Source: a virus (Duplodnaviria; Caudoviricetes). From it: a stretch of DNA of 64,000 nt. A program made the translations under genes and the position numbers. Below are positions 46,977 through 57,281 of this stretch, piece by piece; within the stretch, counting starts at the first letter, position 1, and each line of letters begins with the position of its first letter. The notes beneath the pieces were generated by a model. That model did not search any database. It was not told the origin of the DNA and saw nothing but the letters and a program-made list of their open reading frames with translations. The stretch is from IMG/VR virus record IMGVR_UViG_3300033068_001747; one strand, given 5' to 3'.

Positions 46977-48434
46977 ATGACAAATATAACACTTATCGGA
47001 GCAGGAATAATGTCTGCTACCTTAGGAACAATTCTTAAACAATTAAACCCAGATCTAAAAATTCAAATTTTTGAAAGATTAGACTCTGCCGCAGCTGAAA
47101 GTTCAGATGCTTGGAATAATGCAGGTACTGGTCACTCTGCGTTTTGTGAGTTAAACTATACTCCACTAAAACCAGATGGCACAATAAATCCTTATAAAGC
47201 AATTCAAATTGCTGAACAATTTGAACAATCAAAACAATTTTGGTCTTACTTAGTTAAGAATAAACTAATCGTAGAACCTGAGTATTTTATTCGTCAAACT
47301 CCACATATTAGTTTTGTATGGGATAAAGACAATATAAACTATCTTAAAACAAGATACAACACTTTAAAATCAAACAACTTATTTAAAGACATGAAGTATT
47401 CCGAAGATTTTGATACAATCAAATCTTGGATACCACTTGTTATGAATAATCGTAAAGAAACGCAAAAAGTAGCCGCAACTTATATGGATATAGGTACTGA
47501 CGTAAACTTTGGTAACTTAACGAGAAGTATGTTTGATCACCTTAAATCACAAGAAGGTGTTGAATTACATTTTAACCATGAAGTAAAAAAATTAAAAAAT
47601 AAAGAAGGTAAGTGGGTTATTAAAGTTAAAGACTTATCTACTAATGAAAAACGAAAAATAACTACTGACTTTGTATTTATAGGTGCCGGCGGTGGTTCAC
47701 TTCCTTTATTAGAAAAATCTGGTATTCCAGAAATTGAAGGTTATGGTGGTTTCCCAGTTAGTGGTCAATGGTTACGTTGTACTAATAGAGAGGTTATTGA
47801 AAAACACCACGCTAAAGTTTATGGTAAAGCTGCAGTAGGTGCACCACCAATGTCTGTTCCTCACGTAGATAGTCGTATGATAAACGGTAAAAAAGAATTA
47901 TTATTCGGACCTTATGCTGGATTTTCAACAAAGTTCCTTAAAAATGGTTCTTATTGGGATTTATTTACTTCAATTAGATTAAATAACATCATTCCAATGA
48001 TTACTGCTGGTCTAAAAAACATTCCACTAACAAAGTATCTAATTGAACAAGTTCGTCAATCTGGAGACGAAAAAATGAATACGTTGAGAGAATATGTACC
48101 AGATGCTGATCCAAAAGATTGGGTATTAGAAACTGCAGGTCAACGAGTTCAAGTAATTAAAAAAGATGCAGAAGGTCACGGTGTATTAGAATTTGGTACA
48201 GAAGTTATTACATCTGCAGACGGTACAATTGCTGGTTTATTAGGTGCATCACCTGGTGCATCAACAGCAACTTCAATTATGTTAGACTTAATTGAGAAAT
48301 GTTTTAAGAATGAAAATTGGGCAGAAAAGTTAAAAGAAATTATTCCTTCTTATAAACAATCTTTAAATGATAATGAAGATTTGTGTAATCAAATTAGAGA
48401 AAACACGTCAATAATTTTGAATTTAAAAAAATAA
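46977..48434 (+). CDS. mqo: Malate:quinone oxidoreductase
   Basis: IGAGIMSATLG, WNNAGTGHSAFCELNYT, GAPPMSVPH, AGQRVQ, LLGASPGAST. Confidence 0.96.
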   Translation: MTNITLIGAGIMSATLGTILKQLNPDLKIQIFERLDSAAAESSDAWNNAGTGHSAFCELNYTPLKPDGTINPYKAIQIAEQFEQSKQFWSYLVKNKLIVEPEYFIRQTPHISFVWDKDNINYLKTRYNTLKSNNLFKDMKYSEDFDTIKSWIPLVMNNRKETQKVAATYMDIGTDVNFGNLTRSMFDHLKSQEGVELHFNHEVKKLKNKEGKWVIKVKDLSTNEKRKITTDFVFIGAGGGSLPLLEKSGIPEIEGYGGFPVSGQWLRCTNREVIEKHHAKVYGKAAVGAPPMSVPHVDSRMINGKKELLFGPYAGFSTKFLKNGSYWDLFTSIRLNNIIPMITAGLKNIPLTKYLIEQVRQSGDEKMNTLREYVPDADPKDWVLETAGQRVQVIKKDAEGHGVLEFGTEVITSADGTIAGLLGASPGASTATSIMLDLIEKCFKNENWAEKLKEIIPSYKQSLNDNEDLCNQIRENTSIILNLKK

Positions 48435-48463
48435 TAGTATCTTTGTAAAAAATAAATAAAAAT

Positions 48464-48748
48464 ATGAAAGTATATCAAGCATCAAAACTTGCATCGGGTG
48501 TAAGTAAAATCTTCCCTCACAAACTAACGATTAGTGAATCTGCGGTAACAATTACACAACCTGGACTATTTAGTGCCAAAGAGAAAACAATTCCTTTTTC
48601 TAAAATCTCATCAGTAAATATTGATTGTCCTATGATCGGATTTTCAACAATTACTATTGAAACTACTGGTGAAGGAAATATTACAACTAACGGATTTACC
48701 AAAGAAGAAGTTAGAGAAATGAAAGAATTTATCTTATCTAAAATTTAA
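48464..48748 (+). CDS. Bacterial PH-domain protein
   Basis: GLFS...TIPFSKISSV...G...ITIET pattern. Confidence 0.6.
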   Translation: MKVYQASKLASGVSKIFPHKLTISESAVTITQPGLFSAKEKTIPFSKISSVNIDCPMIGFSTITIETTGEGNITTNGFTKEEVREMKEFILSKI

Positions 48749-48750
48749 TA

Positions 48751-49122
48751 ATGTTAAATAAAAATCAAAAAAGAGAACTTGAAAAAATTACTTCATTAAA
48801 CTCAAAGTTTAATAGAGGTGAAATTTCTTTTGATGAAACTAAACAAATCTTAGATAATTCGTCAGATGAAAGAATTTCACATTTGTTAAAAATGGCAGAT
48901 GCTGAATTGAGATACGAATTAGTTATCACAATCTTAACCTTTTTTGATAGAAAACGAATTAAGAAATTATTATTACCTTATAACGAATTTGTTAGATTTA
49001 TCAACGAATTAAGTAATAATCAACCTTTAGAAGTTATCGAAGAATTATACTTCTTAGCTTGTGAACAAATTAAAACTGGTTATATACCAGCATCACCTTT
49101 AACTATCAACTTATTTAGATAA
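48751..49122 (+). CDS. Hypothetical protein
   Basis: ORF track. Confidence 0.6.
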   Translation: MLNKNQKRELEKITSLNSKFNRGEISFDETKQILDNSSDERISHLLKMADAELRYELVITILTFFDRKRIKKLLLPYNEFVRFINELSNNQPLEVIEELYFLACEQIKTGYIPASPLTINLFR

Positions 49123-49835
49123 TGTATATTTTTGGTTCAACACTTATTAAAAAGTTATTTCCTGATTTTAGAGAACCCAACGACACAGACTGGGTTACTA
49201 ATGATCAGTCAAAACTAAAACCTTCCACTAGAGAAGTAGAGTATTATTATATTCCTAATACACCTGACCGTGAAATGACTGCTGATGAAATTTACACAGT
49301 TAAGGTAAGTCACGCCATATATGATATACACTGGCAAAAAACAATGGCAGATATAAGATTTTTACAAACAAAGGGTTGTAAACTTCTACCAGATTTTTTA
49401 ATACAACTAAGACAATTCTGGGAAACAGTACACGGAGTACAAAAAAGAACAGACTTTGAAGTTCAACCTGGTAAGTTTTTTGAAGACCGTGTTAAACGAA
49501 AAATTGCACATGATGATTTACATCAAATGTTGAATCCAAATCCAACATATAAAAAGATGATTATAAATGATGTAAATCCTATTGAAGAAAAGTTCTTCAA
49601 TGATTTAACAGATTTGGAAAGAAAAGAAGTTCTTTTTGAAGAATCATTTGTTATAGCAATCGAAAGATTTAGTAATCTTCCAGATAGAGCCGCTTATAAC
49701 AAAGCACAAAATAATCTTGTTACAAGATTACATCCAGTTTGGTTATCTGATTTCATTATACAAAATTGGAATAACTATTATTGGAACCCAACAAATTCAA
49801 ATTTTTACAAACAATATAAAACAATTAAAAACTAA
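49122..49835 (+). CDS. Phage protein with nucleotidyltransferase-like N-terminal motif
   Basis: FGS...R.P.DTDW, then K.SH and HDDLH. Confidence 0.5.
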   Translation: MYIFGSTLIKKLFPDFREPNDTDWVTNDQSKLKPSTREVEYYYIPNTPDREMTADEIYTVKVSHAIYDIHWQKTMADIRFLQTKGCKLLPDFLIQLRQFWETVHGVQKRTDFEVQPGKFFEDRVKRKIAHDDLHQMLNPNPTYKKMIINDVNPIEEKFFNDLTDLERKEVLFEESFVIAIERFSNLPDRAAYNKAQNNLVTRLHPVWLSDFIIQNWNNYYWNPTNSNFYKQYKTIKN

Positions 49836-49838
49836 ATT

Positions 49839-50201
49839 ATGGCACTTATTACAAGAGAAACAATTATTGAAAAAGTTAAAGCTAAAGATACCAACTTTTT
49901 CTATGGACTTTACAATGGAGAATTTGAAGGTAACTACTCTAAAGATTTAAGAAAAGAAGTTAAAACTGTTTATGATCAACATTATGGTGATGGTAACGAA
50001 TGGTATATCGCATTAGAGTTTACTGAATATGGTATGTTTGTTCTTTTAGAAGGTTACTACTCTTCTTGGGACTCACCTGAATGGGATAGTGTATCACACG
50101 CACAACCATACCAATACACAGAAACAAGATATAAAGAAGCTACACTTGATTATATCAGAGATAAAAAAATTGAAGAAGTTTTAAAAACAGAAGAAAACTA
50201 A
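49839..50201 (+). CDS. Hypothetical phage protein, C-terminal tag IRDKKIEEVL
   Basis: ORF track. Confidence 0.65.
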   Translation: MALITRETIIEKVKAKDTNFFYGLYNGEFEGNYSKDLRKEVKTVYDQHYGDGNEWYIALEFTEYGMFVLLEGYYSSWDSPEWDSVSHAQPYQYTETRYKEATLDYIRDKKIEEVLKTEEN

Positions 50202-50202
50202 T

Positions 50203-50607
50203 ATGAAACCAACATCAGGAATTTGTGTAGACGGGTCTAGTAGGGGAAATCCAGGACCAGCCGGATATAAAGCAATAGACTTAGCAACAGGTAAAGAACT
50301 TTTCAATGTCAACATTGGAGATTCTACCAATAACATTGCCGAGTTTATTGGGTTGGTTCATGCAATCGATTATGCTATTAAAAATGGATATACTCATGTT
50401 TATTCAGATAGTCAAACAGCAATTGCCTGGGTTAGAAATAAGAAAGCTAAATCTACATTAAAACCAAATGTTAGAACAGAACGATCAATAAATCTAATGA
50501 ATAGAGCTGAAGCACATCTATCTAAATTACCTGGCTACTTTAAGTTAGTACACAAATGGGAAACTGATAAGTGGGGTGAAAATGAAGCAGACTTTGGTTA
50601 TAAATAA
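50203..50607 (+). CDS. rnhA: Ribonuclease HI
   Basis: VDGSSRGNPG, TNNIAEF, YSDS, KWETDKWGENEADFG. Confidence 0.9.
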   Translation: MKPTSGICVDGSSRGNPGPAGYKAIDLATGKELFNVNIGDSTNNIAEFIGLVHAIDYAIKNGYTHVYSDSQTAIAWVRNKKAKSTLKPNVRTERSINLMNRAEAHLSKLPGYFKLVHKWETDKWGENEADFGYK

Positions 50608-50656
50608 AAAAAAAGAGACTGAAAAGTCTCTTTTTTATTTTTAATTTAATCTTTAA

Positions 50657-51250
50657 TTAGATACTGTATGTGCCTAAAATACCATTAGTAAAACTGAATG
50701 TTCCAGATTGTGTAACACCACCAACTAATAATAAGAAGTTAAAATCTCCATTTATATTACTAAATGCGTTTTGTAAATCAATAACTGATGCAGTTAAACC
50801 TGCAACATCAGAAGTTAAAGTACCAATCGATGCTGTTGCTGACGCTAAGTTTGTTTCTAAAGTACCAATCGATGCTGTTGCTGATGCTAAGTTTGTTTCT
50901 AAAGTACCAATCGATGCTGTTGCTGACGCTAAGTTTGTCTCTAAAGTACCAATTGATGCAGTAGCTGATGCTAAGTTTGTTTGTAAAACACCAATCGATG
51001 CTGTTGCTGATGCTAAGTTTGCATCCAATTCAATTACTGATGCAGTTAAACCTGCAATAACAGTTGCATCTTGAAGAGCTTCTGATGCAGTTATTCCAGC
51101 AATAATAGTAATAATACCATCAATTGATTGTTCTAAATTAGCAACAGATGCAGTTAAAGAACTTATTTGTTCTTCTGTATAAAGAAAGTTATTATCCATT
51201 TCTTCTATAGATAATCTTCCTTCATGTCCTTGTCTGTAAGTAAATCCCAT
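50657..51250 (-). CDS. Repeat-containing coiled-coil protein, possibly structural
   Basis: 14-aa repeats NLASATASIGTLET; TAATATATA upstream. Confidence 0.65.
   Translation of the reverse strand: MGFTYRQGHEGRLSIEEMDNNFLYTEEQISSLTASVANLEQSIDGIITIIAGITASEALQDATVIAGLTASVIELDANLASATASIGVLQTNLASATASIGTLETNLASATASIGTLETNLASATASIGTLETNLASATASIGTLTSDVAGLTASVIDLQNAFSNINGDFNFLLLVGGVTQSGTFSFTNGILGTYSI
50820..51020. repeat. 42-bp tandem repeat, ~4.8 copies (coding)
   Basis: gtaccaatcgatgctgttgctgacgctaagtttgtttctaaa unit. Confidence 0.9.
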
Positions 51251-51358
51251 TTTTAAATAATTTTTTTTGTATAGTCTATATATTAAATAAAAAAATATGA
51301 TTTATATCATTTTCTGATTTTTTTCCGTATCTTTGTACCCAAATTAAAATCTAATAAA

Positions 51359-53416
51359 ATGATAAAAAGACTTTTAATGGTACTTGTAACAATGTTTACA
51401 ACGACTATTTACGCACAAAATGACACAATTAAAGTTTTAGATGAAGTTACTATAACTGCATCTAGGTTTAAATTAGAAGCAGCTTCTGCAAAAACTATAC
51501 GGATGGATTCTGTAAAAAATTACTTCTCACAAGAAACACCTTATTTCTTCTCGAAAACTCCCTCAATCGTAGCTCAAAGTGATAATGGAACTCCTTTTGG
51601 ATATTCTTATTTTACTTTAAGAGGTATGGGTCAAAATCGTATCAACTATACACTAAATGGTGTACCATTAAATGATGGTGAAGATTTAGCAGTCTATACT
51701 TCTAACTATACTGACTTACTTAATAGTTTACGTTCTGTTCAAATTACTAGAGGCGCAGGAGTATCTGCCAATGGATCAAGTTCATATGTAGGACTAGTAA
51801 ATATGGATCTAACAAGTCCTTTTGATAATAAATCTGGTGAGTTTGTATCTATGTTAGGTAGTTTTAACTCAAGAAAAACATCTTTTAAATATAACACTGG
51901 TGTTACTAAAAGAGGTTTTGGTGCAACTTTCAGGTTATCAGAAACCTATACAGATGGATTTAGAGACTTTTCATCAGGTAAAAGTCAATCTTTCTCAACA
52001 TCATTAGGATATAAAACTGATGTAACATCAATTAGATTTAATGCAATATTAGGTAAAACTAAAAATGGTCAATCTTGGTTACCTGTTCCAGAAAATAGTA
52101 CTCCTACATATAATATATTGGCAGATAATTCTATTTTTGGAATTAGTAGACCACAATATGATAACTTTACAAGTGGAATTTACCAGTTACAAGTTGCAGG
52201 TAAGTTCTCAGAACAAACCATTTTTAATTTAAGTACTTACTTTACACATGTTGATGGTAATTATGATATGCCAAATTTTAATTTATATGGTTCTATAAAT
52301 AACCTAAAACTTAATTCTAAAAATTGGGGAGCTTACTATAATGTTAAATATGAAAACAATGGATTTACAATTCAACCAGGATTCACTCTAAACTCATATG
52401 AGAGAAAACATATTGGATCAACTGATGGTTTATTTGTTTATCAAAATTTAGGAGAAAAATTCGATGTAACTGCATTTACAAAAACATCCTATAAGTTAGG
52501 ACTAGATTGGATTCTTGAAGGAGATTACCAATTTAGAAGTACTACATTCAAATATAAAAATGAACTTGAAAATTTTGGTACAAAACTATTTGAACATAAT
52601 TTTCATAACTTCTCATTTGGATTATCATACAGAGGTAATGAAACATTTAAACCTTATATCAGCTTTGGTAAATCTTCAAGAGAGCCAAGTAGAACTAATA
52701 TGTTATTTAAACCAGATGATACCGCAGATAATTATGTAATTGACGGAACATTAGTATCAACCGATAATATATCAAACCAATCACAAGTATCAAATACAAA
52801 ATTTGAAACAGTAAGAGATATTGAATTAGGTACTAAAATTATATCTAAAAAATTAAATGGTTCATTTAATGCCTACTATATGTATTTCAATGATGAAATT
52901 ATATCTATTGGACAACTAAATTCTATGGGTATTGCACTAGGAACTAATGCAGATAGAAGTTATAGACTAGGTTTAGAAGGAGATTTAACAGTAAAACTAA
53001 AAGACTTAGAAGTTGGTTCTTCTTTTAATTTATCTAGAAATAAAGTTTGGTTAGACAGTACTAAATCTGATCCAGTTTTGACACCGAACTTTACCTCTAA
53101 CTTATTTACAAATTATAAATTAAATAAATTAGAGTTTGGTGTAAACTATAAATATGTAGCACAATCATTCTTAGATACCATGAACAACTTTACTTGTCCA
53201 GAGTATCATTTAGTCGATACTAATATTTCTTATAACTTTACAAATAACACTTCGGTTAAATTATTTGTAAATAATATTCTAAATAAAAATTGGACAACCG
53301 GTGGTAGTGTAGGATATCCTACAAATGCGGATGGTACCAGTGCAGGAGATCCTTATAGACAGTTCTACTACACCGCAGGTACAAACTTCTATATGACATT
53401 TAACTATAAATTCTAA
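51359..53416 (+). CDS. TonB-dependent receptor (vitamin/nucleoside uptake context)
   Basis: Plug TPSIVAQSDNG...LRG..Q.RIN.TLNGVPLND.ED; C-terminal YKF. Confidence 0.9.
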   Translation: MIKRLLMVLVTMFTTTIYAQNDTIKVLDEVTITASRFKLEAASAKTIRMDSVKNYFSQETPYFFSKTPSIVAQSDNGTPFGYSYFTLRGMGQNRINYTLNGVPLNDGEDLAVYTSNYTDLLNSLRSVQITRGAGVSANGSSSYVGLVNMDLTSPFDNKSGEFVSMLGSFNSRKTSFKYNTGVTKRGFGATFRLSETYTDGFRDFSSGKSQSFSTSLGYKTDVTSIRFNAILGKTKNGQSWLPVPENSTPTYNILADNSIFGISRPQYDNFTSGIYQLQVAGKFSEQTIFNLSTYFTHVDGNYDMPNFNLYGSINNLKLNSKNWGAYYNVKYENNGFTIQPGFTLNSYERKHIGSTDGLFVYQNLGEKFDVTAFTKTSYKLGLDWILEGDYQFRSTTFKYKNELENFGTKLFEHNFHNFSFGLSYRGNETFKPYISFGKSSREPSRTNMLFKPDDTADNYVIDGTLVSTDNISNQSQVSNTKFETVRDIELGTKIISKKLNGSFNAYYMYFNDEIISIGQLNSMGIALGTNADRSYRLGLEGDLTVKLKDLEVGSSFNLSRNKVWLDSTKSDPVLTPNFTSNLFTNYKLNKLEFGVNYKYVAQSFLDTMNNFTCPEYHLVDTNISYNFTNNTSVKLFVNNILNKNWTTGGSVGYPTNADGTSAGDPYRQFYYTAGTNFYMTFNYKF

Positions 53417-53820
53417 TGAATATTATAGACATAATAAATGATTTTGATGTATTTGATGAGAAAGGAAACCTCGTCAAATACAAACATATCATAGAGTATA
53501 AAGTAAATGACGGTTATCAAGATGTATCTTATACTACCGGAATTTTTCCTTATTGGAGTCATAAAACCAAAAGAGTAAAAACAAAATCAGATGCATCAAA
53601 GTATTTAATAAACCAAACAAAAGATTATATACTAGAATTTGATAATGAAATTGCAGTCTTTAAACTAACAATCAAAGTAAATGAATGTCAAGAATGGGTT
53701 AAGATTACACAATCACTATCAAAAGATAAAATAAATTTAACAAAATTCGTAACTATATTAGTTACTAAATTAAAAACAAAGTCTGATGAACTTAGTAGAG
53801 ATAATAGCTGTTCTTTTTAG
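53416..53820 (+). CDS. Hypothetical protein
   Basis: ORF track. Confidence 0.55.
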   Translation: MNIIDIINDFDVFDEKGNLVKYKHIIEYKVNDGYQDVSYTTGIFPYWSHKTKRVKTKSDASKYLINQTKDYILEFDNEIAVFKLTIKVNECQEWVKITQSLSKDKINLTKFVTILVTKLKTKSDELSRDNSCSF

Positions 53821-54334
53821 TTTACTATCTGTGGTATTCGCAGTTAAAAAAAATGTACTTACATGGCCTTTAGGTATTGTCGGTTTAACATTCTATGGTA
53901 TATTCTTTTATCAAAGTCATATTTGGGGAAATATGGTTTTACAAATTCCTTTTTTAATACAATCAATTTATGGTTGGTTAAAGTGGGAAGATAAAGTTGA
54001 AGCACCTAAAGTACAATGGTTAGACAAACATGACAAAAATATAATTGCATTATCTACATTCTTACTTACTACATTTATAACTTTTATACTTTTAATGACT
54101 GGTGGTAAATCACCTTACTTTGATGGTGTAACAACCTCTTTGAGTTTAATTGCAATGGCTCTTTTAACTACAAAGAAAATAAACACTTGGTTATATTGGA
54201 TTATTACAGATATTATATTTGTAGTTTTCTTTTTCAGTGAGGGTAATTATCTATCATCAGTCACTTATTTTGTGTTTTTAATTTTAGCAATAACTGGTTT
54301 AAAACAATGGAATATGTCCGTTAAGGAGAGGTAA
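53786..54334 (+). CDS. pnuC: Nicotinamide riboside transporter PnuC
   Basis: WP.GIV, SIYGW..W, D..TT.LS..A..L...K....WLYWI..D. Confidence 0.9.
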   Translation: MNLVEIIAVLFSLLSVVFAVKKNVLTWPLGIVGLTFYGIFFYQSHIWGNMVLQIPFLIQSIYGWLKWEDKVEAPKVQWLDKHDKNIIALSTFLLTTFITFILLMTGGKSPYFDGVTTSLSLIAMALLTTKKINTWLYWIITDIIFVVFFFSEGNYLSSVTYFVFLILAITGLKQWNMSVKER

Positions 54335-54368
54335 GAATTGTAATATATACATAAAAGAAAATAATAAA

Positions 54369-55214
54369 ATGTATATAAAAGAAAGTGAAATTATTAAAAT
54401 TACTATATCAGACAAAAGTAAAACAAAGTGGGAAAAAAAGATAGGTAATAAAATTGAAGGGAATGATATAGAAGTTCATTGGTCTCTCCTAAAAGGAACA
54501 ACATTCAGAACAATATCAATAGACTTAATATGTAATGATTGTAATATCATTTATAAAAGACGTATAAGAGATTTAGATCCTGATAATAAAATACACTATT
54601 GTAAAAAATGTTTTAATAAAGGAGAGAGAAATGTGAACTTTGGTAGACCTTGTCACGAAAATACTAAAGAAGGGACAAGAAAATACATGGAGCTAAATGG
54701 TAATCCATTTACCTGGGAAAGTACTAAAATAAAAATAAGAGAAGCAAAACCTTGGGAAAAAGCACGTAAAGCTAACACAGGAAGTAAGAGAAGTGATGAA
54801 GTTAAAAGTAAAATGAGTGAATCTGCGATTTTGGCATTTAAAGAAGGTAGAAGAAGTCCTGGAAGTGGGTGGGCAAAAATTCACACAAAACAATATAAAG
54901 GATTAGATTATCAAAGTAAGTATGAGTTAAATTTTTTAAAATATTTAGAATCTAAAGGTAAACTGGATATTATTGAAAAAGGACCAACAATTCCCTATTT
55001 TGATATAAATGGTAAAGAACATATGTATTTTAGTGATTTTAAAATAAAAAATACAAATATAATATTTGAGATAAAATCTTGGTATTATTGGGAAAAGAAT
55101 AGAGAAGTAAATATCATAAAAAAAGAAACTGCTTCAAAAATATATGATTTTTATTTAATAATGGATAATAATTTTACAGAAATTGATAATTTGATCAAAT
55201 ATGAAAAAATATAA
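54369..55214 (+). CDS. Putative homing endonuclease (NUMOD3 plus PD-(D/E)xK-like domain)
   Basis: SDEVKSKMSES; YQSKYE...YFSDF...EIKS. Confidence 0.65.
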   Translation: MYIKESEIIKITISDKSKTKWEKKIGNKIEGNDIEVHWSLLKGTTFRTISIDLICNDCNIIYKRRIRDLDPDNKIHYCKKCFNKGERNVNFGRPCHENTKEGTRKYMELNGNPFTWESTKIKIREAKPWEKARKANTGSKRSDEVKSKMSESAILAFKEGRRSPGSGWAKIHTKQYKGLDYQSKYELNFLKYLESKGKLDIIEKGPTIPYFDINGKEHMYFSDFKIKNTNIIFEIKSWYYWEKNREVNIIKKETASKIYDFYLIMDNNFTEIDNLIKYEKI

Positions 55215-56214
55215 AAATGGATTGGTTTTAGGCAAGTTTGCACCTTTCCACTTGGGACATAAGTATCTTATCGATACCGCAATTGATAATTGTGAACACG
55301 TACACGTCATTATCTCGCATAATAACAAACAAAATATACCAGGCGAAGTTAGATACCAAGGACTAAAGAAAACGTACCAAAACAACCCTAATGTAACCGT
55401 ACATCAATTTGATGATACTGGACTACCTCAACATGATTATGAATGTGGTTCACTAGAAGAATTTTATTCTTACTGGATTCCACAAATTTATAATTTAGTT
55501 GATAATTTAGATGTTGTATTTACATCAGAAGATTATGGAGAAAGTTTTGCAGAATACTTAGGTGTAGAACATTTCCTAGTAGATAAAGAAAGAACTAAAT
55601 ATCCAGTATCAGGAACTGAGGTTAGAAACAATCCTTTTGAAAAGTGGGACTTTATTTCTGATGAACTAAAACCATTCTTTGTTAAAAGAATTGCAATAAT
55701 GGGTCCGGAATCTGTTGGTAAATCAACACTAACAAAAGAATTAGCAAATTGGTATCAAACCAATTTTGTTGATGAATATGGTAGAATAGTTTATGAAGGA
55801 AATGGTAACAAAGTTGAAGTCAAAGACTTTATTCCAATTTCAGAAGGAAGACAATCTTTAGAAGACTGGACTATTAAAAAATCAAATAAATTATTATTCT
55901 GTGATACAGAAGACATTACAACTTATTTATTTTTAGATATGTATTGTCCTGATGAAGAACATCAAAAAGAAACTAATTGGTTTTTAAATAAACTTTCAGA
56001 AAAGAAAAAATATGATTTATACATTCTTTTGAAACCAGATTGTGATGCAGTACAAGATGGGACAAGAAACTTTTTAGAAGAAAGACAATCACACTATGAA
56101 GTTATTAAAAATGAATTAGTAAATAGAGGTTGTCACTTTGTAGAAGTTGGTGGAACTTGGAGAGAAAGATTTGATAATTGTGTTGAAATTATAAAAAAAG
56201 ATTTTAATATATAA
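55201..56214 (+). CDS. nadR: NadR-like NMN adenylyltransferase / ribosylnicotinamide kinase
   Basis: GKFAPFHLGH, SGTEVR, GPESVGKSTL, EYGR, LFCDT, QDGTR. Confidence 0.92.
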   Translation: MKKYKNGLVLGKFAPFHLGHKYLIDTAIDNCEHVHVIISHNNKQNIPGEVRYQGLKKTYQNNPNVTVHQFDDTGLPQHDYECGSLEEFYSYWIPQIYNLVDNLDVVFTSEDYGESFAEYLGVEHFLVDKERTKYPVSGTEVRNNPFEKWDFISDELKPFFVKRIAIMGPESVGKSTLTKELANWYQTNFVDEYGRIVYEGNGNKVEVKDFIPISEGRQSLEDWTIKKSNKLLFCDTEDITTYLFLDMYCPDEEHQKETNWFLNKLSEKKKYDLYILLKPDCDAVQDGTRNFLEERQSHYEVIKNELVNRGCHFVEVGGTWRERFDNCVEIIKKDFNI

Positions 56215-56217
56215 GTT

Positions 56218-56493
56218 ATGAAAAAATTTACTGATAAAATAAACGAGTCTGTAGAAGACAAAATACCAAGTGCTGAGGAATTTTGGATGGATAAAACCGG
56301 AAATACTCCAAATCAAGAAGAGTTTACCGCAATGATCGAATTTGCTAAACTTCATGTAGAAGCCGCTTTAAAAGAAGCTAGTGAAAAAGCTAGTTTAACA
56401 GATTTTGCATGGGAGTTCTTACAAGAAGGTGCATATGATGCAATAGATAAAGATACTATCTTAAATGCTTATCCATTGGATAACATTAAATAA
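56218..56493 (+). CDS. Hypothetical protein, N-terminal motif MKKF...INES
   Basis: TAATATATA upstream. Confidence 0.65.
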   Translation: MKKFTDKINESVEDKIPSAEEFWMDKTGNTPNQEEFTAMIEFAKLHVEAALKEASEKASLTDFAWEFLQEGAYDAIDKDTILNAYPLDNIK

Positions 56494-56508
56494 AAATAAT
56501 TAAAAATA

Positions 56509-56787
56509 ATGTCACAACAATTAGACTTATTACAAAAACTTTATTCTTTTTATAGTAGAAGATATAACGGTTCTACACTTGAAGAAAAATTTAATGCTGC
56601 AGTTTACGACTTAGTTAAAACTCATGATATAGAAAAATCGACTTATATGGAATTCTGTGTTGATAATAATATAGAACCTTATGTTGAACCAGCGGCTCCC
56701 GTTAGACCAGCACCTGTAGCACCACAACCTCAAGCAAGATACTATGAAGATCCTTGTAGTAGAGGATATACAAGAAGTGGTTGTTAA
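56509..56787 (+). CDS. Hypothetical protein with Pro-rich tail and DPC...GC end
   Basis: ORF track. Confidence 0.6.
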   Translation: MSQQLDLLQKLYSFYSRRYNGSTLEEKFNAAVYDLVKTHDIEKSTYMEFCVDNNIEPYVEPAAPVRPAPVAPQPQARYYEDPCSRGYTRSGC

Positions 56788-56805
56788 AATAATAAACAAT
56801 AGAAT

Positions 56806-57063
56806 ATGAAAATTAAAAAGTTTAACGAAAGTACAGAGTCAAAAATTAGACAAGTTTTGTATATAGATCTTTATGATTTAAGACAAGCTTCTAATGAAGA
56901 AGTTGAAGATTGGATTGATCATCATCCACATAATAGTGGATATGCTTTTTGGTGGGAAGTTTTAGACCCAAATGATGATGCAGCTTATCCTAAAATAGAA
57001 CAATACTTTTTGGACAATGGTTTAAAAGTAGGTGATAAAGTTTTAGTACATTCTGAATGGTAA
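56806..57063 (+). CDS. Hypothetical protein, N-terminal motif MKIKKFNES
   Basis: ORF track. Confidence 0.65.
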   Translation: MKIKKFNESTESKIRQVLYIDLYDLRQASNEEVEDWIDHHPHNSGYAFWWEVLDPNDDAAYPKIEQYFLDNGLKVGDKVLVHSEW

Positions 57064-57080
57064 AAAATAACAATAACAAT

Positions 57081-57257
57081 ATGGAAATCAAAAGATTTAA
57101 TGAAGGTAAAAAATATAAAAGAAAAATAAAGCTAACCATTGAACTAACTGGTGGATGGGAACAATATGCACATCTTGATGCGGAAGAAGTTATTGATGAA
57201 ATGTTAAAAATGAATGATCAGTTTAAAATTAAAATCATTAGTGATACAGGAGAATAA
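57081..57257 (+). CDS. Small protein, N-terminal motif MEIKRFNE
   Basis: Second ATG of the ORF. Confidence 0.55.
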   Translation: MEIKRFNEGKKYKRKIKLTIELTGGWEQYAHLDAEEVIDEMLKMNDQFKIKIISDTGE

Positions 57258-57281
57258 AAAAAGAGACGTTAAGTCTCTTTT

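Noticed and set aside
50670-51074. Plus-strand repeat ORF
   Set aside because: Antisense shadow of the 42-bp repeat gene, which has the upstream element and start context.
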